A stretch of 63,432 nt of DNA, counting the filler, from Reclinomonas americana ATCC 50394 (Eukaryota): NCBI GenBank assembly GCA_048213135.1. It is 5 parts of 3 records of this genome, joined end to end, with 100 filler letters (N's around TTAATTAATTAA, not from the genome) between each part and the next. Parts side by side here need not be neighbours in the genome. Positions count along the whole stretch, not along the records: positions 26,540 to 54,391 come from PS015608.1; 4 more parts are not named here. One strand, given 5' to 3'. Positions 26,785 to 39,224 of the stretch are shown piece after piece. The position numbers and the translations under genes are program-made. A model generated the notes under the pieces. It did not search any database and was not told the DNA's origin. It saw nothing but the letters and a program-made list of their open reading frames with translations. Numbering within the stretch: the first letter of the stretch is position 1; each line of letters starts with the position of its first letter.

Positions 26785-27525
26785 ACCTCTCGCCTATGGC
26801 GACTCCGTGAACAAACGACTGCTGGTGAATCTCTCGCCTGTGGCGACATCTCCTCCGTGCACAAAACAACTGCTGGTGAACTTGTGGCCTTGCTCCTCCA
26901 TGCACAACCAACTGATCGTGAACTTGTGGCCTTGCTCCTCGTGAACAAACGACTGATGATGAACCTCTCGCCTGTGGCGACTCCTCCTCCATGCACAACC
27001 AACCGATGGTGATCCTCTCGCCTGTGGCGACTCCTCTCCTCCGTGCACATAACAACCGATGGTGCACCTCTCGCCTGTGGCGACTCCTCTCCTCCGTGCA
27101 CATAACACACTGCTGGTGAACTTGTGGCCTTGCTCCTCCGTGCACAACCAACTGATGGTGACCCTCTCGCCAGTGGCGACTCCTCCTCCATGAACAAACG
27201 ACTGATGGTGACCCTCTCGCCAGTGGCGACTCCTCCTCCGTGAACAAACGACTGATGATGCACCTCTCGCCTGTGGCGACTCCTCCTCCGTGAACAAACA
27301 ACTGATCGTGACCCTCTCGCCTGTGGTGACTCCTCAGTGCACAACCGCCTGATGGTGACCCTTCGCCTGTGGCGACTCCTCTCCGCGCACACAAAAACTG
27401 ATGCTGAACTCATGAACTTGACTCCTCCGTGCACAACCGACTGCTGATGAACCTCTCGCCTGTGGCGACTCCTCCTCCGCGCACAAACAACAACTGACGG
27501 TGATCTCGACCGTGGCTAATCGCCT
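26785..27525. repeat. Non-coding tandem array of ~15-16 units of two types (~50 bp and ~42 bp)
   Basis: Type A consensus ACTGATGGTGACCCTCTCGCCTGTGGCGACTCCTCCTCCGTGAACAAACG; type B ACTGCTGGTGAACTTGTGGCCTTGCTCCTCCRTGCACAACCA. Unit lengths vary and shift frame. Confidence 0.92.
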
Positions 27526-29473
27526 CCTCAAACGGTGGTGATGAACGCAGTCGCTCTTCGTGAAGACTGACTGGTGACGCCTCTCGGCGTACCCTCCCGC
27601 TGACCGACTAGACCAGGGAAAGAAACTGAAACTGAAGTGCCGCTCCTCCTCCTCCTGCTCCTCTTGAATCCGTACAACAATGCGCCCGTGCTCTATCGTA
27701 AGCAATCGCGTGGCGTGGCGTGACAGAACCCTGGCGTAGTGGGAGAAAAAAGCGGTGGTGGTGACGATGGCTGCTGACCAAAAAGACACGATGCTGCTGC
27801 TGCTGCTGATGCTGAGGCTCCTGAAACTCCTGACGAATAAAATCTGCTGCTGCTGCTCCTCCTCCTCCTGACTACTACGGCTGTGGCTGTTGCTGCTGAT
27901 CCTTCTCCTCGTCTACGGCAATGGATACGGAAAGAACGAACAAGGGTGTGCGGGGGGAATAGAAGTGGTGACGCTGCTGCTGCTGCTGCTGCTGACGCTC
28001 CTGAAGCTGATCCCAAGAACCCGAAGAAGACGAACAACGACCAGACGAGTGCAGACCGACGGCGGCCAGAGTGGACACATACAGACACACACATATAGAC
28101 AACACAACATACAAACACACACAAAGGGGGAAACGGCGGCTCTGGTGGCGGTGGTGGTGCTTTCCTTTCGCGCGGACGGTGTTTGCGCAGTGGGGCCCGC
28201 ACGCGCGCAGCGACCGACTCGCAAGGACACGCGTTGCCGCGCATCTCGCTTGCAGTCGAATTGCCGCGCGCGCACGTCCGCCAGCCGAGGGGCCGGCAGA
28301 AGTGGTGGCGTGCAAGACGTACGTGCAGGGAAGCAGAAGTAGGGGGGGAAGGCAGGACGACGACGACGACGATGGCGGCGCCAGGGGGCGCCAAGAATAG
28401 ACGACGAGACGGAACCGAGCGGGAGAAGAAGACACACGAAGCGGCAAACGACAGGGCGGAAGGTGGAAGGTGGACAGCGGAGATGACGAGGTGTGCGTGG
28501 GCGGGTGATGGTGAAAATGACGAAACAGTAGAGAGCACGATAGCCGGGGGGGCAGTTGGAAGCGGAAGGGAAGGTGGAAAAGTGCAAGTGGACACAACAT
28601 GTGGTTGGGCGCGGCAAAAATCGAAATCGACGATGGTGACAGGGCGTAGCGGAATCAACAACAATAACAACACAGAAGCACAGGGAACGAAAGCGGCATC
28701 CGGAGTCCGACAGACACGAAAAGCGCAAGTGCTGACGTCACACACAGAACTGACGTGGGAGCAACAGCAAGAGGATGGGAAGGAGGCGGTCAGGGATGAG
28801 CACACACACGCATGCACAGGTACAAACACTCACATCCATCAAGAGGACACAAGGAGAGGAGGGAAAACTCCTCACATGAAAAGTGGGGTGGTGGTCTGCG
28901 CGCACTGGAGGGGAGAAGAAAAGAGAATGTACAAATTAAAAACAGTGAGCACACACGTGGACAGTCGCGTTGAAAGTGGATGCGAGGAATGGGAGAGGTT
29001 GGGAAGGGAAAAGTGGAGATGGCCGGCAAAAAAATCAAAGTCGAGGAAAAAAGCTCAAACGAGGAGAAACGTGGCACTGAAGAGGAGGAGAGGGAGAGGA
29101 GGGAGTATAGAGAAGTGGAGACGCACAAAAGTGAGAATCGTGGGAGGCGCTAAAAAAAGACATAACGTCAAAAAACCGAGAAGAAAGGACGAGAAGAGAG
29201 AAGAAAGCACAGCGAGAGGGGCATACAGGGAGAGGAGAGAACAAAAAGGAATAGAGGGAAAAACGGAGCGGGAAAAACACAAGGAGGAGTTGCGAGTTCT
29301 CACCAGACACGACGCAAAAAAGAAACTGACAGATCCTGTACGATGGACCGGATTCGCCGGGATTGTCGGGTCTGACTTACGGCGTGGGATTTTGTGATCG
29401 AAGCCTCCACCAGATTATCTTTGGTATTCGTTCTGTGTTTTACTGCCAGGCTTCCACCATTGCTTCCTCTCCT

Positions 29474-31281
29474 TCAACGAGAGGCAGCCACGGCAGCCAC
29501 CTGTCCGCGCTTCCCCCCAGCGACTGTGGCTGTGGCGGCGGCCTTTTCGGCACGGAGAGCCTTACTGCACACGTACACACTCCACTCAGCAACAAGTGGC
29601 GACACAGACACATGGAGAGAAAACGCACGTTCTGACAGTCTTGTACTGCCCCTCGACAATCTCCAGCTTGCGCTCCCAGTTCTTCAGTTCCTTGTCCAAC
29701 TCGTACATTTCCGCCTTTTGTTGCACATAGTCGAGCACCTGAGAGAGAAAGAGAGAGAGAGAGTGAGCACAGCAAACCACCATCGTCTCCATCACAGTCG
29801 ACGAAACCTCGGGTACTCGAATCTCCTCCTGCTGATTGCGCAGTCGCTCATTGGCTTGTTGTGCTATCTCTCGCGCTGCCGTGACCTCGTCAATCTCCGC
29901 CCGCAATCTCTCCAGCTGGTGTTCCCGTTGTGCAATCTCGCGCTGCAACCACGCATTCTCGGCCACCAAGTGTCCCAGCTCCTCCTTCAATCCGTTCAGC
30001 GCCGCCACCGTGTTGGCGGTAGTGAGCTTGAGGGTGAGCAGGTCGGCGTTCTTCTCCTCAATCTTCTCCAGGTACTGTGCGTGCTCGATCTTCAGCTGCT
30101 CAAAGTCGACCTTGTCAAACGTCTGCACGGAAGGGATACGAAGGTTAATGAGTCGCTGCCGCAAACCAGCATGGACCATGGGCACGCCACGCACTTCGCC
30201 GCCATCGTCACGCTGCTTCACTTGCTGCTCGAGCTTCTTCTGCGTGCCCTTCAGCGACTGGTTCTTGAGTCGCAGCTTCTCGCACAGCGCGTCCTGCACA
30301 CACAACACAATCAGCACGAAAGATTTCACTCCCCCCTTCACCACCATCGACGCACCTTGTGCTTCAGCTTCTCCTCAAAGAAGCGAATGACCTTCTCCGC
30401 CGTGTGCTTCTGCTGCTGGTCGGCCTCCGTTTGCAGGAGAATCTCGCGGCGGAACTCCAGTGCCTCCTTGCGCAGATCCGACACGTGAATGTCGCTCTCC
30501 ACCATGCGCGCCTACCCCACACCACGATCAGCACGCTCCACAAGATAAAAACCAACAAGGAAGAAGAGAGGAGTAGTGCCACACCTTCACATCCTCAATC
30601 TCCAAGTCCAACCGCTTCTTGTCCTTGGCCAGCTCCTTCATGCGCTCCTCGGTCTCCTCACGCGCAATCTCAATCTTCACGTCCACCGGCAGCAAGTACT
30701 TTTCCGCATCCCGTTTCCTTCGTTGCCGCATTTGCCGTTTCTGACAGCGCGAAGAGTGCGTGTGAGAGGGAGAGGACGGACTGGAGTGGAGTAAAGAGGA
30801 GAGTGGAGAACCTTGCGATCGGCCGCAGTGCCCGGCTGCATGTTGGAGGTGGAGCTGGACTCGGAGAACTCTGACATGGTCTCCGAGTCGATTCCCACAC
30901 TGGTGCCAGCCGATGGGCGGCCCAGCACCTCTCCAGCCTCACGCAGCGCCACTGTAGTGTCCTTGTCCTTGCGCTGAGGCCCAAAGAGATGAGTGATGAT
31001 CACAATCAGGCCTGAGTGTGTGTGTGAGAGTGACAGGAGGTACCTTCAAGTAGCGGCTAAACATCTCATTCTCCAGCGCCAACAGCTCATTCTTGGAGCG
31101 ATACAGCTGTGCGCGCACACACAAATGAGCGCTTTCCTTCTCCTGACTGTTGACAAGCTGTGACACGACTTGCCTCCAGTCTCTCAGCAATCACTTCCAG
31201 GTCGAGCAAGTCATCGGCCTCTCCCTCTCCACCCCGCTCGTCATCGTCCACCGGGCTGTTGGATCGCGCAGAGAGTGACAT
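29474..31281 (-). CDS. CCDC113: Coiled-coil domain-containing protein 113 / CFAP263 (DUF4201 axonemal protein)
   Basis: LENEMFSRYL, AEKVIRFFEEKLK, EKLRLKNQSLK, VDFEQLKIEHAQYLEKIEEKNADLLTLK, VPEVLDYVQQKA...WERKLEI. Confidence 0.88.
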
Positions 31282-31371
31282 TGTGTGTTTGCAACGCTCA
31301 CTGCACCCGTCGACCGGACTGGACGGTGGAAATACATCGGCCTACATCGCGTCTTTGTGCTGGTGTGTGCG

Positions 31372-32556
31372 ATGAGTCTGGTCGCGAAGGATGTCGTGCT
31401 GCCGTTGCAGCTGCGGCCGAGCGAGCTGCGCGACGTCAACCAGAGCATCCGCGAGCGATTGCGAGCCATGCAGGGCAAGTTGCGTTTCCCACCTCTGGAG
31501 ATGAGAGGGCTCGCGCGTGTGTGTGCATGTCTGTGTGTGTATGTGTGCCACGTGCCACTGGTGGGAACACGCAAGAGTGCAAGCGAACAGGGGCGAAGAG
31601 AGGGAAAGCGTGTGTGAATGTGCACATACATGGCTCACACTCCTTTCCGCCCCCTCCCGCAAACGCACAGACACAGCACGGCGCTTGGAGGCGTATTGGT
31701 GCGCTACTCGAGTGTCCGACTCGTGCCTGGCGGTCGCCTTGGACGCATTGTGGCCGACGCACCATTCGTGCTCACTGCGTTGCAGCTGCGCGCGACTCTG
31801 TTCTCGCCCGAGGTCGGAGCGCGTCTGGCCAACGTGCCAGTGACGCACGTGGGCCACGATCAGATCGGTCTGTTGGTGCATGGCCGCTTCAATGCGTCGG
31901 TCAGCTTCCATCCGTCGCTCAGCGAGGCCGGCTATGTCGAGGCCAGCGATGGAGTGTTTGAGCGCGAGGGTGGCGAGTGTGAGGAGCTGGGCTTGCCGGC
32001 GACGCTGCAGGTCGGCTCGCGTGTCACGCTGGTGGTCAAGGCCGTGCGCAGCGATAAGGGCATGATGGCGTTGGAGTGCGAAGTTCCGAGACTGGCGTCG
32101 GAGGTGACGGACATGGAGGTGGAGAGCGAGGGCGAGGAGCAGCAGCAGCAGCAGCATAAGCAGCAGAAGAAGGAAGACGATGCGCTGTCAGCAGAGGAGC
32201 GCAGGGAGAAGAAGAGACAGCGGCGATTGGCGCGTATGCAGGAGGCTGGTCGGAAGCGCGCACGTGACGATGATGACGATGGCGAGGAGGCTGTGGAAGT
32301 GGCGACCGTGGAGGAGGAGGCGGAACCGCCACTGAAGAAGAAGAAGAAGAGCAAGACGCCCAAGAAGAAGGTGGAGGTGGAGGCTGAGGAGGTGGAGGAG
32401 CCTGTGCGGACGACACCGAAGCGTGTTCATTTTGACGAGTCGGCGAACACTGCCAATGGCGTGGCGGTGGCGGCCGCAGTGTCGGAGTCGAAGAAGGACA
32501 AGAAGGACAAGAAGAAGAAGAAGAAGAGGAAGCAGGAGGATGAGGACGAGGAGTGA
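31372..32556 (+). CDS. RPA43: RNA polymerase I subunit RPA43
   Basis: One intron (31479-31670). LGGVLVRY, LFSPEVGARL, HVGHDQIGLLVHGRFNASV (Rpa43 N-terminal and OB domains) and a K/E-rich tail. Confidence 0.85.
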
Positions 32557-33329
32557 AAACAAAGTAGTTTGATTTAGCAGCTGTCCCACTCGCTCTCCAN
32601 NNNNNNNNNNNNNNNNNNNNNNNNNNNNNNNNNNNNNNNNNNNNNNNNNNNNNNNNNNNNNNNNNNNNNNNNNNNNNNNNNNNNNNNNNNNNNNNNNNNN
32701 NNNNNNNNNNNNNNNNNNNNNNNNNNNNNNNNNNNNNNNNNNNNNNNNNNNNNNNNNNNNNNNNNNNNNNNNNNNNNNNNNNNNNNNNNNNNNNNNNNNN
32801 NNNNNNNNNNNNNNNNNNNNNNNNNNNNNNNNNNNNNNNNNNNNNNNNNNNNNNNNNNNNNNNNNNNNNNNNNNNNNNNNNNNNNNNNNNNNNNNNNNNN
32901 NNNNNNNNNNNNNNNNNNNNNNNNNNNNNNNNNNNNNNNNNNNNNNNNNNNNNNNNNNNNNNNNNNNNNNNNNNNNNNNNNNNNNNNNNNNNNNNNNNNN
33001 NNNNNNNNNNNNNNNNNNNNNNNNNNNNNNNNNNNNNNNNNNNNNNNNNNNNNNNNNNNNNNNNNNNNNNNNNNNNNNNNNNNNNNNNNNNNNNNNNNNN
33101 NNNNNNNNNNNNNNNNNNNNNNNNNNNNNNNNNNNNNNNNNNNNNNNNNNNNNNNNNNNNNNNNNNNNNNNNNNNNNNNNNNNNNNNNNNNNNNNNNNNN
33201 NNNNNNNNNNNNNNNNNNNNNNNNNNNNNNNNNNNNNNNNNNNNNNNNNNNNNNNNNNNNNNNNNNNNNNNNNNNNNNNNNNNNNNNNNNNNNNNNNNNN
33301 NNNNNNNNNNNNNNNNACTACTAGTCGTG

Positions 33330-33407
<78 letters not shown>

Positions 33408-33452
33408 CGCTCGCTCGCTCGCTCATGACTGTGTCTGTGCGTCATCGTGCAG

Positions 33453-35656
33453 CGCTCAAATTCCAGGGCGCATGGAACGAGTACATTGCCTCGTGTCATC
33501 GTCAGGTGCAGTGCTGCTGCTCTCTTTCCACACCCACACTCATACATGCACACACGCAACATACGCAGCGGACACAGTGTGTTGTATGTGAGAGATGTGA
33601 TGTGATTTTGAAGCACTTAACACGATACAACTCGTCACTCCTGTGCAGTACGGCAAGTGCATCTTCCACCGCATTCTGCTGCACACGTTTGTCACGGTGC
33701 AGGATGTGAACATGTCGAAGCAGATCCTGCAGCATTACCAGGTGCTGTTTGTCCGAGTCGTGCTCGTGCTTGTCTCTCGCTAACACGCTGTGCTGTGCAG
33801 AAATGGTCGCACACGTCCTTCTGGGGACCCGTCAAGGAGTGCATGAGTTCCGGTGAGTACATTGCCTCCTCGATTCATTTGCACTTTGTTTCCGACCCTT
33901 CCGCACCTGCAGCTGTTCTCTTCCTGGATGGCTCCGAGTGGTATCGTGTGCGGTGCGTCATGCTGCTACCACGTGGTTGCAACCACACTGCGCGCTGATA
34001 CGTAAACTCTCCGTTTCTCCTCCTCCACAGCAAGACACTGAATGCCGGCTTTGCTGACGTGCGCCTGGAGAAGCTCATCGACAAGATGGACAGTTGCGTG
34101 TGCTTGTTATTGCCATGGCCATGCATGGTGATGCTCACACTCTGCCATCTCAACAGCCGTGATTGAGAACTTCATGACCTTGATTGAGAAGAAGGGCGAG
34201 GGAACCGAGTTTGATGTCTCACGCGGTCTGCCCTCCTCCGTCACGCTGTTGTCGCGAATCGTTGACTCACCTCCGTCACACAGTGCTCATGACGCTGGCA
34301 TTCGAGGTGACCTGCCGTACCGTGTTCTCGCAATCGTTTGTGACCGACTTGGAGCAGAGTCAGTTGCGTAGCAGCTTTCAAGAGCCATATGGCACATTTC
34401 TAACACCGTCGTCGCTTGTCAGTGCACTGTCCAAGGCACTGGACGACATTGTGGTGGAGCTGGAGTGCCGCTTCCAGGAGGTGTTGCCGTGGTACCTCCT
34501 GCGCTTGTCGCGCCACCGGGAGAACGGAAGCACTGCTCGTCGCATTGGTGTGGTGCTGTGGACGGTCGGACCATCTCTCGACTCACCACTCATTTTTTCT
34601 GTGCGCGCATCCACACAGTGAACGAGTTGATCGAAGAGAGACTGCGTGAGACGCAGGAGGCACGACTGGCCCGCGGTCAGGCCGATCTGTTGGACAGCAT
34701 CCTGCTGGCGTCGGAGGAGGCCGAACGATCTGACAAGCTGGATATTCGCAATGGTCTGTCTTGCTGCTGCCTCCATTCAACGCGTCCCTCTTGCACGTTT
34801 CTCATCTTGCCTCTCTTTTATCGCAGTCGGTGACAATGTGCTTGGATTCATCATTGGTTGCGTCTTCTCCCCGTACAGTGCTAACGTGTTTTGAAGTGGG
34901 TCTCACTCGTCACTTGTGTTGCACCGCAGCTGGACAGGTGTGCATGCAGGTGCGCAGTGCGTCTCTCTCATTTAACTCACTCTTCTTTTCGATAGGATAC
35001 AACAAGCACCACTCTGTGCTTTGCGCTCTACAATCTGGCGACGGTGAGCTCGCGATCGAGGATATGTTGCGAATGCACTGTTGGTGTTTACTCATCATGT
35101 GCCTATTGCTGCAGCGCCCGGAGCTGATGAAGGAGGTGCGTGGCCATGCACAAATCTTGGCGCTTTTCTCGTTCTGACCAACTATCTTCCGCAGTTGCAA
35201 CGAGAGATCGACCGGGTGGTGGCCTCTGCCAATGGAAACATCACGATGGAGGCGCTGGAGCAACTGGAAGTGCTGGACGCCTTCCTGCACGAGAATCTGC
35301 GCCTCTTCCCACCTGGAGTACGTAGTCGCAAGGGGGGAAGTGGGACTGCTCGTCGTTGTCACCCACCCCTCATCCCTGTGCACGACAGGTGGCTGTCTCG
35401 CGCACTGCGTTGGAGGACATTACGCTCACCAGCGAGAAAGGCGACCTGTTCGTCCAGAAGGGAGTTGCGCACGATCCGCACTCGCGCTTGGCGCTCGCCG
35501 CTTGTTCTCATTCCCGTCACGCACATACAGAGCGAGGTGCTGATGGACATCTGGGGACTGCAGGCATGTGTGGCGCACTGCAGACCATTGTGGCACAGAT
35601 CCACTCACCCGCCTTTCGCGCAGCGCAACAAGGACGTGTGGGGCCCCGATGCTGAT
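33453..35656 (+). CDS. Cytochrome P450, partial at both ends
   Basis: LFLDGSEWYRVRKTLNAGF (WxxxR), I-helix GFIIAGQDTT (needs 8-nt exon 34930-34937), K-helix ENLRLFPP (ExxR), RNKDVWGPDAD. PERF and haem-Cys motifs are lost in the gap. Confidence 0.92.
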
Positions 35657-35748
35657 NNNNNNNNNNNNNNNNNNNNNNNNNNNNNNNNNNNNNNNNNNNN
35701 NNNNNNNNNNNNNNNNNNNNNNNNNNNNNNNNNNNNNNNNNNNNNNNA

Positions 35749-37848
35749 GACGAAGAAGACGCACGGTTTTGTTTTCGCAGGAGAGTGCAAACGCAACTGC
35801 TGAGGCGACGGCAGGTGCACTGTTGACAAAGAAGAACGGATAGAGAATGTCGGGAGGCACACGCGGCAGCAGTGGTGGCACGGGTTTCACAGTCGATGTG
35901 CGACCCGGGTCGGACGTCAGCACTTGGTCGACCGACGCCCTGCGCGTGACACGAATCAGTGACAAAATCAGCACCAGGAGATCAGTCGCATCGCGCCACT
36001 CACCGCAGCTGGAAAGTGGTGGTAGTGACACCGGTCGGGAAGCTCCACGTGCCAGTCACGTACTGCACTCGCACACCGGCGATCTTCTCCTGCGGGTTGG
36101 CCGTGGCACCCTGCCGAGCCACCGCAATCGACACACTCATGCCGACGACCAGATTCGTGCACCGATTGCTGGTGGCATCCCACAACTGCGTGCACCAGTA
36201 AGTCACATGGCATCCACCCCATTTCTCTCGGCGAGGTGCACGCAACCGGAGTTGGCACCGAGCCAAATTCCATGGCAAACCACTCGTCGGCGTTCTGCGG
36301 CGACGCATTGCCGAAACGCCCAACGAGTGTCGAATCGAACTTGAAGGCGTCCCACAACTGGAACCCTGCGCAGATACCACAAAATGTGTGGGCGGACAGC
36401 AGGCCAAGATACAGCAACTCGCACGATCGCACCTTGGCATTTGGTGGCCAGATCCGTCACCGACAGCGTCACACCACAAGTGTATACACCCGAGTTGCCG
36501 TACAGCACTTGAGTGGTGCGGATCAGCGAGCCAGCCAGCTGCGTGTCTGGGCAGCTGCCGCCGGCCACCTTGAGCTGCAGGCCGAGACGCAGTTCGTTGA
36601 CGGCCGACCTGGAATACCACTCCCCTCTTTTAGCACACATGCACCACACGCAGAAATGCACACACACGCACACACGCACCCCGACTTCGAGCCGGCCAGA
36701 ATTGGATACCCAAGCTGGTAGCCCGGATTGCCGCTGCGATACAGTGGAGTGCCGGTGGCCTGCGCTCACCACCATCAGTGCCTGGATAGCTGAGGACGCA
36801 AGAAGGAGAGAGCACACCTTGACAAAGCGAATCGAAAACTCTTGCTGGAGATACGCTGTCGTGGCTGGCGACACCAGCGCCACATCGGTCAACACCACCT
36901 CCGCCGACACGCTCTGCACCGTTCCAGCCCCGTCGTGTGTCACAATGTACGTGACGGCGTGCACCGCATTGTTGCACCGATTGTAGACGACGCTGTCGAT
37001 GGTGGCCGTCTCCGACGCCGCTGCACGAATGAACACAACAGTGTGAGCATTCGACGATTGGATGCATCACCTGCAAAGTGGGAGGGAGTACTCACCAGTG
37101 TCCACATAGGTGATCGATGAGGCCGAGGTCCACACGTTGGGACTGCCCTGCCAGCTGACAGACTTGTGCGTGGCCGTGACGTTGATGGCCGACAGCGTGG
37201 AGCCAAATGGTTTCTGGTGGCGGCGCAAGCATGACATTATTGACGATACAAACAGGGACAGACTCGCCACTACGAACCTGGTTCACTGTGTACGCGGCAA
37301 TGTAGTTGCTGCCGCTGAGTGCAGCGCATGTCGAGAGTACGTTGACAAACACGGTGCAGGCGTGAGCACCCGACAAGTCAGGCCGTGCCGGCGAGTCGAT
37401 CATGTACGCTACGATGGGGGGTGAGAAGACGCAAGAAAATCTCCACAGCCGCACTTTGTCTTTCAAATCTCACCAGTCTTCAGACCGAGGCCACACGTGC
37501 TGTCGACCGTCGGTCCCGGCAGCGTGAGCACACCGCCATTGGGAAACTGCGGCGACACACCGCGCAGCGAGTCCCCAATGGCATACACCGCGGTAGCCGA
37601 GTTGGACGGGGCCGTGTTGTCTTTCGTCGCCAGATTGCGTGCGTAGTTGAACGGCTGCGTGTCGACCACTGCCGACGTCTGCGAGCCCGTCAGATCCGAC
37701 ACAGCATTGTACAGGTCGCCAGAGAGTGGGCCTGTCGAATCGACAGTGAGCTCTCCCTGCTTGTCGCTGCTCGATACGCAAAAAAACAACGAAACTGTTG
37801 TCGAGGAACACACAGAAGATGCCATTGAAGGCCGAGCCCACAGTGATA
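35749..37848 (-). CDS. TCTN: Tectonic family ciliary transition-zone protein, partial
   Basis: CNNAVHAVTY, LQQEFSIRF, RSGNPGYQLGYPILAG, VGRFGNA, GATANPQEKI, PRVPPDILYPF. Confidence 0.88.
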
Positions 37849-38845
37849 NNNNNNNNNNNNNNNNNNNNNNNNNNNNNNNNNNNNNNNNNNNNNNNNNNNN
37901 NNNNNNNNNNNNNNNNNNNNNNNNNNNNNNNNNNNNNNNNNNNNNNNNNNNNNNNNNNNNNNNNNNNNNNNNNNNNNNNNNNNNNNNNNNNNNNNNNNNN
38001 NNNNNNNNNNNNNNNNNNNNNNNNNNNNNNNNNNNNNNNNNNNNNNNNNNNNNNNNNNNNNNNNNNNNNNNNNNNNNNNNNNNNNNNNNNNNNNNNNNNN
38101 NNNNNNNNNNNNNNNNNNNNNNNNNNNNNNNNNNNNNNNNNNNNNNNNNNNNNNNNNNNNNNNNNNNNNNNNNNNNNNNNNNNNNNNNNNNNNNNNNNNN
38201 NNNNNNNNNNNNNNNNNNNNNNNNNNNNNNNNNNNNNNNNNNNNNNNNNNNNNNNNNNNNNNNNNNNNNNNNNNNNNNNNNNNNNNNNNNNNNNNNNNNN
38301 NNNNNNNNNNNNNNNNNNNNNNNNNNNNNNNNNNNNNNNNNNNNNNNNNNNNNNNNNNNNNNNNNNNNNNNNNNNNNNNNNNNNNNNNNNNNNNNNNNNN
38401 NNNNNNNNNNNNNNNNNNNNNNNNNNNNNNNNNNNNNNNNNNNNNNNNNNNNNNNNNNNNNNNNNNNNNNNNNNNNNNNNNNNNNNNNNNNNNNNNNNNN
38501 NNNNNNNNNNNNNNNNNNNNNNNNNNNNNNNNNNNNNNNNNNNNNNNNNNNNNNNNNNNNNNNNNNNNNNNNNNNNNNNNNNNNNNNNNNNNNNNNNNNN
38601 NNNNNNNNNNNNNNNNNNNNNNNNNNNNNNNNNNNNNNNNNNNNNNNNNNNNNNNGTCACGGCGTGTGTGCGTGTATGTGCGTCTCTGTCTCATTGTTGT
38701 GCACGACATGGAATCGCAAGTGAGTGGGGTGTGGGGTGAGTGCGCGCGTGTGTGCAAAAACGAAATTGCACACGCGCTTATTTCACGCGCCCCTCCCGCG
38801 TGTGATGATTTGGGAATCGAGGGCGATGCTGTGGAGGGAGCTTAC

Positions 38846-38881
38846 CTTGCCAGCGGGGGCGTTGATGCCGAGCTCGTCCAT
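38846..38881 (-). CDS. Possible first exon MDELGINAPAGK of a gene running into the gap
   Basis: ATG followed 12 codons later by a strong AAG|GTAAGC donor. Not signal-peptide-like, so possibly not part of tectonic. Confidence 0.3.
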
Positions 38882-39224
38882 TGCGTGTTGGTTGTCTGTG
38901 GTGCGATGGTGAGAGGACATTTTGGCGGGACATGATAGAACGGCATGCGAACGTCGAAGCAACCTTCCTCGTCGAATGGAGCATCAAGGACTCTACAAGC
39001 GAGTGCAAATGACCTGGCAAGTCGCGCCGTTAACAAATTTTCCTGATCGTCGCCAATGGACGTCGACGCAAAGCTTCCACGTAAACATGCGAAAGCGTTA
39101 ATTATTGGTGATTCGCTCTCCTCTCTCCCTGCCTCTAAACAGTGTCATCCGTGCCGAGAAGTGTCATCTTGTCTCGGTTTTCTCCTTGCCCTGTGCGCGC
39201 ACGCACAAAGAATGAGCAACGTCG

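Noticed and set aside
26785..27525. CRISPR-like array or tandem hammerhead ribozymes
   Set aside because: There are no unique spacers because the whole unit repeats, and no cas genes are present. CTGATGA occurs in a few units, but the GAAA core and stems I/III are absent.
28183..29397. 404-aa ORF and overlapping minus-strand ORFs
   Set aside because: Low-complexity purine-skewed sequence that is open by composition; no motifs and no introns, unlike real genes here.
35657..35748. P450 truncated before the haem cysteine (pseudogene)
   Set aside because: The coding sequence runs intact into an N gap whose length is only an estimate; the missing exons are probably unassembled.
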